From contig DATKKG010000063.1 in assembly GCA_035543015.1 (NCBI GenBank), positions 4,798 through 68,797 of the forward strand: 64,000 nt of DNA, written 5' to 3'. This stretch comes from Conexivisphaerales archaeon. GTDB lineage: Archaea > Thermoproteota > Nitrososphaeria > Conexivisphaerales > DTJL01. A program made the translations under genes and the position numbers. The notes beneath the pieces were generated by a model, which was not told the DNA's origin, ran no database searches, and saw only the letters and a program-made list of their open reading frames with translations. Positions 1 to 7,687 of the stretch are shown piece after piece (the stretch's first letter is position 1; each line of letters begins with the position of its first letter).

Positions 1-263
1 AAAGCATCGACGACATCGGCCTCGTGCAGCGCGGAGACATACTGGTCACCTCGAACACGGACCCCGGCTGGACTCCCGTCTTCCTCAAGCTGGGAGGCCT
101 CATCACGGAGACCGGAGGGATCCTTTCGCATGGGGCGGTGGTGTCGAGGGAATACGGCCTGCCGGCGGTCACCGCCGTCAAGAACGCCCGGAAGATCTTC
201 CGGAACGGACAGAAGGTCCTAGTCGACGGAAACGAGGGGACCGTGACCCTGCTCAAGGAGTGA
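1..263 (+). CDS. C-terminal fragment of a PEP-utilising-enzyme family protein (swivelling phospho-His mobile domain). The 5' end lies outside the window.
   Basis: The frame is open from the window edge. The sequence ..GDILVTSNTDPGWTPVF..GGILSHGAVVSREYGLPAV.. matches the mobile His domain of PEP-utilising enzymes. The protein stops right after this domain, with no C-terminal TIM barrel. That is a PpsA-like or rifampicin-phosphotransferase-like layout. Confidence 0.7.
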   Translation, partial: SIDDIGLVQRGDILVTSNTDPGWTPVFLKLGGLITETGGILSHGAVVSREYGLPAVTAVKNARKIFRNGQKVLVDGNEGTVTLLKE

Positions 264-1177
264 GCTGGTTGGACACTGACGTCCTGCACGCGTTCGGAAA
301 CCAGCCCGACTGGAACGAGAGCTTCTACTTCAACTTCTACGACAGGAAGGCCGACGTCTGCGCCTTCATGAGGATCGGGCTGAAGCCCAACAGGGACGAG
401 AAGGCCATGTTCTTCTACGTGCTCCTCCCTGACGGCTCGAAGATGGGCCTCATGGATCAGGGGCCCTACGGGTCCCCCGAGCTCGAAGTGAAGGGGCTCA
501 AGTTCGAAAGGCTTGTGCCCGAGAGGAAGTGGAGGGTCTCCTTCGCAGGCCCGCTGAACCGCGTACAGGAGGGCCGCGTCAGGCCAGTTGAAGTCACCTT
601 CGCGGCGGACTTCGAGTGCCTGAACGAAGTCTTCGACTACAGGGAGTGCGTCAAAGGGGAGAAGGAGGCGATGTCCAGGAAGGTCGCTTCGGAGCACCTC
701 GAGCAGTTCGGGAGGGCGAGGGGGAGCCTCGTCGTGGGGGACAAGGAGTACGTCCTTGACGGCCTGGGGGAAAGGGACCATTCTTGGGGCGTCAGGGAGT
801 GGACGGCTCCCAGGATGTGGATCTGGCTGACCTGCGAGTTCTCGGAGAAGCTCGCCCTCAACATCACCAAGCTCGTCATGGACCAAGGGGAGGTCGACGC
901 CGGCTTCCTCCACCTGGATGGCCGGAACCTGCCCGTGGGTCGCGCTTCGATAGACACCAAGCTTGACGAGGACGGGGACCCCGTTTCGATGGAGATCGAT
1001 CTGGAGGCTCTCGGCGGGGAGTCGCGCCACATACATGGCGAGGTTGTCAGAGCCGCCGTGCTTCCCTTCGCAGAGAAGCAGAGCCTTTCCATGATGCATG
1101 AGACGCTCACCAGATATGAGATGGACGGAGAGCTGGGCTACGGGATCGCCGAGTACCTGGTCAGGGAGGAGCCCTAA
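260..1177 (+). CDS. Hypothetical protein (305 aa), translationally coupled to the upstream gene
   Basis: Long ORF with a GTG start overlapping the upstream stop (GTGA at 260-263). Composition is protein-like, with motifs WNESFYFNFYD and ERDHSWGVREW. I could not assign a family by eye. Confidence 0.5.
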   Translation: MSWLDTDVLHAFGNQPDWNESFYFNFYDRKADVCAFMRIGLKPNRDEKAMFFYVLLPDGSKMGLMDQGPYGSPELEVKGLKFERLVPERKWRVSFAGPLNRVQEGRVRPVEVTFAADFECLNEVFDYRECVKGEKEAMSRKVASEHLEQFGRARGSLVVGDKEYVLDGLGERDHSWGVREWTAPRMWIWLTCEFSEKLALNITKLVMDQGEVDAGFLHLDGRNLPVGRASIDTKLDEDGDPVSMEIDLEALGGESRHIHGEVVRAAVLPFAEKQSLSMMHETLTRYEMDGELGYGIAEYLVREEP

Positions 1178-1416
1178 GGCGGGCCGGCCGATTCAACGAC
1201 CTTCCGGACCCCGGCGCACGATGTACATCATGGGCGCCATGGCGCACCAGGCGAGCTGGGGCATCCGGTAGCCGCCTACACTCGCAGCCAAGAGGATCCC
1301 CGCTACGACACGACTTCGAGGGACCCGTCAGCCGTTTTCCGCATCGGCTCAATCGCAAGGCTAGGTGGCTTGGAGTTGCTGGGGACCAGGAGACGCTGCG
1401 TGTCCCAACCCGTGGT

Positions 1417-2568
1417 ATGGATAAATATGCGAGTCGATCACTTCACCAATCGTGCATGTCCATGACGCTGCAAGACTTTGAGAAGAGGATTGCAGATTTC
1501 TTCGGTACTCGATATGCGATAGTCACTGGTTCTGGACGGATGGCTCTCAAGATCGCCTTGCAGTCCCTCGATGTTCCCGAGGGAGAGGTTGTGGTCCCTA
1601 ACCTAACCTGTCCTATTGTCCCTCAAACCGTAATCTCAACGGGATTGACTCCCCTATTGGTCGATGTAAACAGAGATCTGTCATTGAATCAAGACATCTT
1701 GGAGAGAAGGGTCAACTCGAGCACAAAAGCACTTCTCACAAGCTGTCTGTATGGTTGTCCTACCGACGATATGGACAGCCTGGTCGACATCTCAAGAGAC
1801 AAGGACCTGTGGATTATCGAAGACGCGGCTCAGGCATTTGGGGCGAGGATCATGGGAAAATACACCGGATCTAGCGGCGACATCGGGGTCCTGAGTTTCG
1901 CGAAGGTATTCTTTCCGCTCTACAGGGGAGGAGCCCTGATAACCAGCAACGAGGAACTCGCCAATAGAGCATACATCATTCGAAGAGACACTCAAACGGA
2001 GTCAGACACACTCAATACCTTGAGATACTTCTTCAAGAGGTTGAGGGGGTCCATTCCCAAAGATCTGAAGAAAAGGCGCCTGAGGTCTCTCAACGCGGAC
2101 GAGCTTGAACAGGGTTCCAGTGGTCTGTATGAAGCCTACGAACCGTCGTCTCCCTATCATTTCCAAGGCCTGACTGATGTCGAGGTGACGGTTGGGATTC
2201 GCACGCTTGACAACCTTGAACACTTGATTGCAAAAAGAAGGGAAATCACCAAGAGCATATACAGCGCAATTTCAAGCAGAGATGACCTGCATCTGCAACC
2301 ACTCCACCCTTACAGAGATGAATACGTCTACAGCAGAATACCGGTACTGGTCGAGAGTTCGAGTCTTCATGAATGGATGGTCTCCTTCCTTGAGCAGGGC
2401 GAATTCATTGGTATGGCATATCCCCCTTTGTCGAACAACGAACTGATTCGTCACAAATGCACCTTGCTAGACGACTACTCGGTCTCTGAAGACTTGTCTT
2501 CGATCCTGCTGCCACTGCCAGTCAACCGTAACGTAGTGGAGATACTGAAGCGGAAGGCGCGCGTGTGA
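1417..2568 (+). CDS. DegT/DnrJ/EryC1/StrS-like PLP-dependent (sugar) aminotransferase, divergent
   Basis: Layout resembles this family: TGSGRMALKIAL, IIEDAAQAFGA, then SFAK..GGAL. G+C is clearly lower (sampled lines 47-52%) than in the flanks. Confidence 0.6.
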   Translation: MDKYASRSLHQSCMSMTLQDFEKRIADFFGTRYAIVTGSGRMALKIALQSLDVPEGEVVVPNLTCPIVPQTVISTGLTPLLVDVNRDLSLNQDILERRVNSSTKALLTSCLYGCPTDDMDSLVDISRDKDLWIIEDAAQAFGARIMGKYTGSSGDIGVLSFAKVFFPLYRGGALITSNEELANRAYIIRRDTQTESDTLNTLRYFFKRLRGSIPKDLKKRRLRSLNADELEQGSSGLYEAYEPSSPYHFQGLTDVEVTVGIRTLDNLEHLIAKRREITKSIYSAISSRDDLHLQPLHPYRDEYVYSRIPVLVESSSLHEWMVSFLEQGEFIGMAYPPLSNNELIRHKCTLLDDYSVSEDLSSILLPLPVNRNVVEILKRKARV

Positions 2569-2934
2569 CTAGATATCCGAGCGAGAAGCCCGCATGCCTC
2601 GAGGACAGGCTGACTACCTGCCCGCACTCATTTGGGTCATCAAGTGGAACTCCAGAATAGAGCGAAGCGCACAACGAGTTCATCGAGGTGGAGCATGGAA
2701 GGCGATGCCAGATGCCAGCGAATCCTCGGGCAACTGCCAGCGAACCCATGAGGACTTGGCAGAGGCCACGTTGCCCTATCTGCGAGTTGGCCTGCCCCCC
2801 TGGGATGCTCCTATCTGCGTACTTGCTTCGCGCTGCCGGGAGTCATCGCGTCCAGGGACTCCGCCAAGGGGTCTGCGATGATCGCTTGCATGCCCCGTGG
2901 CACATAGGCGATCCTGTTTGGAGCACCTATATGA

Positions 2935-3013
2935 TGGCGGGCCCGGTGGGATTCGAACCCACGACATCCGCCTTAGAGGGGCGGCGCTCTAATCCAAGCT
3001 GAGCCACGGGTCC
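2935..3013 (-). tRNA. tRNA-Arg(UCU)-like, CCA encoded, with C33 and an A3:C70 mismatch
   Basis: Cloverleaf read on the minus strand: GGACCCG UG GCUC AGCUUGGAUUA GAGC G CCGCC CCUCUAA GGCGG AUGUC GUGGG UUCGAAU CCCAC CGGGCCC G CCA. An A/T box lies 29 nt upstream. Confidence 0.75.
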
Positions 3014-3036
3014 TTGATGAAGGGGAGATTTCCCTG

Positions 3037-3048
3037 GTATAATAAAGC
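3037..3048 (-). promoter_or_regulatory. TATA-like box for tRNA-Arg(UCU)
   Basis: The minus strand reads CTTTATTATACC, centred about 29 nt upstream of the tRNA 5' end at 3013. The surrounding DNA is GC-rich. Confidence 0.5.
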
Positions 3049-3119
3049 CTTCCGACTTGGCTGGGGGAAGTTGACGCTGATGCTATCTTTATGAATGGTG
3101 GAAGCGTAGCACAGCCGAC

Positions 3120-4484
3120 GTGGGAAAGCTCTTCGGAACCAATGGGATCAGAGGCATTCCCGGGAAGGACTTGACCGACGATCTTGTGGTCAAGGTGGGC
3201 AGGGCTGTCGGCATCAAGCTCGGAAAGGAGATAGTGGTGGGGTGCGACGGCCGGACCAGCAGCCCGAGGTTGTCTCACCTCATCGCGACGGCGATCAACT
3301 CGGTGGGTTCCAACGTCCATTACGTGGGGCTGGCCCCGACGCCCGCCATCCAGCTGTACGCGGGCAGCGGCAAGTTCGACGGAGCGGTCATCATCACGGC
3401 TTCTCACAACCCCCCAGAGTTCAACGGGATCAAGGTGATGGGCCCCAACGGCGTGGAGATCCCCAGGGGAGTCGAGACCGAAATCGAGGCCATCGTGGAC
3501 TCAGGCTCGAAGCCCGTCGAGGGAGGCATCGGCTCCTTCAAGGAAGAAGGCGGGGTCATGGACCTGTACGTGAGGAAGATCATTGCGAAGGTCGACGCGG
3601 CAGCGATAAGGAAGCGAGCCTTCACGATAGTCGTGGACGCAGGGAACGGAGCTCAGAGCGTTTCCGCGCCCAAGCTCTTTGGAGAGCTGGGGTGCAAGGT
3701 CATCCCCGTCTTCTGCGAAGTGGACGGCCGGTTCCCCGGCAGGGGATCAGAGCCCGTCGCCGAGAAGCTCACCAAACTCGTGGAGACGGTAAGGAAGGAG
3801 AAGGCCGACCTGGGTGTGGCGTTCGACGGCGACGGTGACCGCGTGGTGTTCTGCGACGAGAACGGGAAGCTGTACACGGGAGACAGGTCCGGAGCGCTCC
3901 TCCTGGACTTCATCCTCTCCAAGAAGAGGGGACAGAAGGTGGTCACAACCGTAGCCACCTCCAACATCGTGGAGCATGTGGTCACGGAACATGGCTCCAA
4001 GCTCATCAAGATCAGGGTGGGCAGCGTGGACGTCACGGAAAGGATGCTGAAGGAGGGGGCCATCGCCGGGCTCGAAGAGAACGGGGGCTTCTTCTACCTC
4101 CCGCATCAGCCCGTGAGAGACGGGGGGATGACGTCCTCCCTGATGCTGGACGCCCTGGCGCACTGGGGAGTGTCGATGTCGGAGGCCATGCGGCGGCTGC
4201 CGCTCTACCACCAGCGCAAGAGCAAGCTCGAATGCCCCAACCCTCTGAAGAAGGCCGTCCTGGAAGAGGTCAAGAGGGCCGCGGACGGGGAACTGGACCT
4301 TACGGACGGTGTCAGGATCGACTTCGACGATGGCTCCTGGGTCATAGTGCGGCCCAGCGGAACGGAGCCGCTCGTCAGGGTCTTCTCGGAGTCCACCGAC
4401 GAAGAGAAGGCGGAGGAGCTCTTCGAAAGATACTTCACGTTGGTCGAAGGCAGCATAAAAAAACTGCAGAAAAGCGCGACTTAA
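3120..4484 (+). CDS. Phosphohexomutase (phosphoglucosamine mutase / phosphomannomutase family)
   Basis: Has the N-terminal GTNGIRG, the active-site TASHNPPEFNGIK, and the GVAFDGDGDR metal loop. GTG start. Confidence 0.85.
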   Translation: MGKLFGTNGIRGIPGKDLTDDLVVKVGRAVGIKLGKEIVVGCDGRTSSPRLSHLIATAINSVGSNVHYVGLAPTPAIQLYAGSGKFDGAVIITASHNPPEFNGIKVMGPNGVEIPRGVETEIEAIVDSGSKPVEGGIGSFKEEGGVMDLYVRKIIAKVDAAAIRKRAFTIVVDAGNGAQSVSAPKLFGELGCKVIPVFCEVDGRFPGRGSEPVAEKLTKLVETVRKEKADLGVAFDGDGDRVVFCDENGKLYTGDRSGALLLDFILSKKRGQKVVTTVATSNIVEHVVTEHGSKLIKIRVGSVDVTERMLKEGAIAGLEENGGFFYLPHQPVRDGGMTSSLMLDALAHWGVSMSEAMRRLPLYHQRKSKLECPNPLKKAVLEEVKRAADGELDLTDGVRIDFDDGSWVIVRPSGTEPLVRVFSESTDEEKAEELFERYFTLVEGSIKKLQKSAT

Positions 4485-4657
4485 GTTAGCCCCAGTTCGG
4501 GGAACTTGGCCTGCGGAACGCCCAACTCGCTCTGAAGGGTCCTTATCCTTCCGGCGTACTCCTTCATCTTCTCCTTGTCGTTCTGGACCTTAGCGATCTT
4601 GTATGCTTTCCAGGCCTTCTTCAAAGCTCCCCAAGTCTGTCCTTTCGTGTAAGGCAT
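4481..4657 (-). CDS. Small hypothetical protein (58 aa, lysine-rich)
   Basis: I prefer the internal ATG at 4657 (MPYTKGQTWGALKK..) over the 83-aa ORF start. GAGG lies a few nt upstream. No family recognised. Confidence 0.4.
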   Translation of the reverse strand: MPYTKGQTWGALKKAWKAYKIAKVQNDKEKMKEYAGRIRTLQSELGVPQAKFPELGLT

Positions 4658-4803
4658 GAGAGATTCCTCGAGACGTACATCTCTCATGTCCGAAATATAA
4701 CCGTTTCGCGTCTCGCATCGCGACAAGGGCAAGAGACGAACGCCCCAACGACTAGCCGTGTAGGATTGCCGTGCATGCGACGGGCATTATCGGCATCAGG
4801 AGG

Positions 4804-5766
4804 CTACCTTAGGTGAACCCAGCCTTCGGCGGCGATGACCTTGTGGCGGCGAGTTCCGGGGGACGCGTATTCCACCCCCGCACCGCCGTCCGCGGCATGG
4901 CCGAAGGGATAGAGCTCCGAGACCATGGTCTCGGCGATGACGGACGCCCGCCTCAGCTTGGCGGGGGGGACGCAGAGGACGGCTTCGTACTCCTCCCCTC
5001 CGTGAAGGACGAGGTCTAGCGGATCGAGGCCAGCCGCGGAGACGGCCTTAACGAACGCCCGGTCAGCGGGGAGCCGTTCCATGACGAAGCGTTTCCGGCT
5101 CTGCCTGGAGAGCTCGTTCAGTGTAACTGCCAGGCCGTCGCTCGAGTCCATTGAGGCGTGAACGCACCCTCCGTCGATGAGGGAACGACATAGACCATTC
5201 TTCGGGGAGGGCTCGTAGACGCTGGCGAGGGACGATGAGAGCAGGGACCTTGGAAGGGGCGTCCCCTCCAGCAGGTGCCTGAGCCCCAGGGCTGTCCTGC
5301 CGAACGGCCCGGTGGCTACGAGGACGTCGCCGACCTGGGCGCCGCTCCGCCGCACCATCCTGTCAGATTGGCCCACCATCGCGACGTCGACGACGAAGTC
5401 GAGGGATTCGTTGACGTCACCTCCGACGATTGGGACGCCGTATTCCACGCTGGCGTCGCGGAGGCCGGAGGCGATCTGCTTCATCTCGGTCTCCAGGGCC
5501 ATCTTTCGAGGGACGCCCAGCGAGACCATGAAACCCAGGGCCTCGGCGCCCTTGCAGAGCAGGTCCGAGAGGCACGCCACGACTGCCTTTCTGGAGGCCT
5601 GCCTGAGCGTCATCCCCGGGGGAAGATCCGTCGAGCCGACGAACATGTCGGTCTTCAGGACAAGGTAGCCCTTCCCTCGTTTAATGAAGGAGACGTCATC
5701 GAGGAGGTCGGTTTTCTGGAAGCTGAAAGTCTCGCGGATGAGCTCTATTATGTCCAGCTCGTTCAG
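4804..5766 (-). CDS. thiL: Thiamine-monophosphate kinase (AIR synthase-related fold). The 5' end uses a non-canonical start.
   Basis: Motifs GGDVNES and VATGPFGRTALGL. The reading frame stays open upstream of the track ATG (5646) and encodes the conserved N-terminus NELDIIELIRETF..LLDDVSFI..LVLKTDMFV. That stretch contains no ATG, GTG or TTG. Confidence 0.7.
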   Translation of the reverse strand: MNELDIIELIRETFSFQKTDLLDDVSFIKRGKGYLVLKTDMFVGSTDLPPGMTLRQASRKAVVACLSDLLCKGAEALGFMVSLGVPRKMALETEMKQIASGLRDASVEYGVPIVGGDVNESLDFVVDVAMVGQSDRMVRRSGAQVGDVLVATGPFGRTALGLRHLLEGTPLPRSLLSSSLASVYEPSPKNGLCRSLIDGGCVHASMDSSDGLAVTLNELSRQSRKRFVMERLPADRAFVKAVSAAGLDPLDLVLHGGEEYEAVLCVPPAKLRRASVIAETMVSELYPFGHAADGGAGVEYASPGTRRHKVIAAEGWVHLR

Positions 5767-7070
5767 GCCGAGTCGCCCTCCGGCTTCATCGCGTTGGTGA
5801 GGATCAGCTTCGCTTCATCGACCGCGGCGTCCAGGTCTTCCGGGTTCCGGACCTCCACTGATATCCTCACCACGTCCTCGGTCCTCGAAGGCCTGTACAG
5901 GATCCAGCCGTGCCTGCCGTCGATCCTGACGCCGTCCAGCGCAATGGAGCCCGGATGGCTCGCCCTGATGGCGTCGATGGCCTTGGAGAAGGCTGACCGG
6001 TCGGCTCCGAACTTGATCCTCCGGAGGGCGTACTTGGGGATCTCCTGCATGACGTCGTTGAGAGACGTCCCTCTCAGGGTCCTCACGAGGAAGGCCGCCG
6101 CCAGGAGGCCATCCCTGCAGTAGCTGAACTCTGGGAAGATCACCCCTCCGCTGCTTCCCTCCCCTCCCAGCGAGGAACCGGTCTCGAGCATGGTCTTAAC
6201 CACGTTCGCCTCTCCCACCGGGGCCAGGATGACCTTGCCGCCCTTCCTGTGGACGATGTCGAAGACGGAGCTGGACGTGTCGACGCTCATGGTCACCGTG
6301 TCTCCCTCCTTCACGTTCTGCAGCGCCATAAGAGAGAACGTGTCGTCGGGTTGCAGCTTCGCGCCCCCGGCGTCCATGATGACGAGCCTGTCGCCGTCGC
6401 CGTCGAAAGCGAAGCCGACGTCGCAGCCTTGGCTCATCACTTCGTCAGAAAGCTCACCAAGTGGGTCTTCGGTAGGATCGATCGCCCGGTTGAACGCCCC
6501 AGCTCTCATGTTGATGGCGTGTACTTCGGCGCCCATCAGCTCGAAGAGCTGGGTCGCCGACTTGGTTGCGCTGCCGCCGCCCAGGTCCAGGGCGACCTTC
6601 ACCCCGGTGCCCGAGTCTGGGCCCACCTTCCTGAGGATGTCGTCGTAGTAGGGGGAGGATGCGGGCTGGACCCTGCCGGGCGCAAGCGACGGATGGGAGT
6701 GCCGTATGGCGGCGAGTTCCTCCTCCCCCGTGCCCGTCCCGGCCTTGGTGATGAACTTCAGTCCGTTCCATTCAGGGGGGTTATGGGAAGCGGTGACCAT
6801 TATGGCGCCGTCGACGCCGGAGACCCTGACGTACCTGAATATCTCCGGAGTCGTCACCAGGCCCAGACGGTGAACCACGCACCCGGAGCCGACCAGGGCG
6901 TCAACGACGGCTTTCAGGAGATGTTCGGACGACGGCCGCGTATCGCAGCCCACGGCGATGTCTCCCCCGTCGGAATAGGCTGCGAACCTCGAGGCCCAGC
7001 TCTTGACGTACGGGATGGTCAGGTCCGAGCCATATATGCCCCGAAGCCCAGAAATGGATTCTATGACCAA
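5763..7070 (-). CDS. Phosphohexomutase paralogue (phosphoglucosamine/phosphomanno/phosphoglucomutase family)
   Basis: Motifs GLRGIYG, TASHNPPEWNGLK and GFAFDGDGDR. Confidence 0.85.
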   Translation of the reverse strand: MVIESISGLRGIYGSDLTIPYVKSWASRFAAYSDGGDIAVGCDTRPSSEHLLKAVVDALVGSGCVVHRLGLVTTPEIFRYVRVSGVDGAIMVTASHNPPEWNGLKFITKAGTGTGEEELAAIRHSHPSLAPGRVQPASSPYYDDILRKVGPDSGTGVKVALDLGGGSATKSATQLFELMGAEVHAINMRAGAFNRAIDPTEDPLGELSDEVMSQGCDVGFAFDGDGDRLVIMDAGGAKLQPDDTFSLMALQNVKEGDTVTMSVDTSSSVFDIVHRKGGKVILAPVGEANVVKTMLETGSSLGGEGSSGGVIFPEFSYCRDGLLAAAFLVRTLRGTSLNDVMQEIPKYALRRIKFGADRSAFSKAIDAIRASHPGSIALDGVRIDGRHGWILYRPSRTEDVVRISVEVRNPEDLDAAVDEAKLILTNAMKPEGDSA

Positions 7071-7159
7071 GGAGCTCTCCTTTGGACAGGCTAGGACCCG
7101 AGACCTTTTAAGAGTAGGGTAGCAGGCGGTCCCGTTCGAACGCTCAACGAAACAACAAC

Positions 7160-7169
7160 AGTTATTATC
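7160..7169 (+). promoter_or_regulatory. TATA-like box for tRNA-Thr
   Basis: AGTTATTATC, centred about 28 nt upstream of position 7193. Confidence 0.5.
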
Positions 7170-7192
7170 CCGACCTTGAGATGCTCAACCGA

Positions 7193-7332
7193 GCCCCAGT
7201 AGCTCAGCGGTGGAGCAAACCATCCCGTGGAGCTCACTCGCCTCGTATCCCGACCGTCCGTGCAAGATCGAACGGGAGAGCGATAGGTCGGGGGTCCAAA
7301 GGAACACAGGTCTGGAATTCCCCCCTGGGGCT
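7193..7332 (+). tRNA. tRNA-Thr(CGU) interrupted by three introns (7219-7237, 7248-7278, 7301-7318)
   Basis: The acceptor halves GCCCCAG and CTGGGGC are 139 nt apart. Each insert is bounded by a bulge-helix-bulge motif. The spliced product folds into a 72-nt cloverleaf with anticodon loop CUCGUAA. Confidence 0.75.
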
Positions 7333-7396
7333 CTCAAAGAATCGCCTGCCTAGCCCTTGCGACTGGAGGGGTGTTTCGGGACTCAGGGCGGCACAA

Positions 7397-7407
7397 AGCT
7401 TTAATCC
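7397..7407 (+). promoter_or_regulatory. TATA-like box for tRNA-Leu(GAG)
   Basis: AGCTTTAATCC, centred about 29 nt upstream of position 7431. Confidence 0.5.
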
Positions 7408-7430
7408 TCACGTATTGGGTTTTCGGCTGG

Positions 7431-7518
7431 GCGGGGGTCGCCCAGCCTGGTCAAAGGCGTAGGCCTGAGGCGCCTATCCAGTAGTGGTTCGTGGGTTCGA
7501 ATCCCACCCCCCGCACCA
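7431..7518 (+). tRNA. tRNA-Leu(GAG), long variable arm, CCA encoded
   Basis: GCGGGGG UC GCCC..GGC G UAGGC CUGAGGC GCCUA UCCAGUAGUGGUUC GUGGG UUCGAAU CCCAC CCCCCGC A CCA. Confidence 0.9.
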
Positions 7519-7687
7519 TCATTTCCTGCGTTGCAGCGCGAGCAATTCCTTGCGCTGGCGCAGCACACGCACAATTCGCGGGCTCCGGCCAGCCGCCTTC
7601 CTTCCGTCACGGCTCGGCGACGAAGGAGACTCGATGCAGATGGGCTCGAACTCGGCGCCTTGGCCATCTTCTGAATCGGACTCCTCC

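Noticed and set aside
1161-1416. A 65-aa minus-strand ORF and a short frame ending ..AGILLAASVGGYRMPQLAWCAMAPMMYIVRRGPEGR, considered as a possible gene remnant.
   Set aside because: The frames are too short, with stops closely upstream, and there is no start context or motif. I treat this as intergenic DNA.
3015-3076. A C/D-box-like pattern, with TGATGA at 3015-3020 and CTGA at about 3073-3076, between the tRNA-Arg and the phosphohexomutase gene.
   Set aside because: It has no internal C' or D' boxes, no terminal stem, and a pyrimidine before the C box. The segment is better explained as the two divergent promoters, and it contains both TATA-like boxes.
7228-7244. A 16-nt near-identity, GTGGAGCTCACTCGCC at 7228-7243 in tRNA-Thr (intron 1 and exon 2) versus GTGAAGCTCACTCGTC at 43356-43371 in the 5' leader of tRNA-Leu(UAG).
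   Set aside because: The match is short, 14 of 16 positions. I could not fold a BHB or other processing motif around the tRNA-Leu leader. It may be chance or a relic. It is worth a genome-wide motif count but is not supportable as a feature.
7519-7687. An imperfect hairpin (CAGCGC..CAA TTCC TTG..CGCTG) and a 169-bp gap after tRNA-Leu(GAG), considered as a possible att site or small RNA.
   Set aside because: No repeat of the tRNA 3' end occurs nearby and no integrase is present. The gap lies between convergent genes, so a termination region is the simplest reading.
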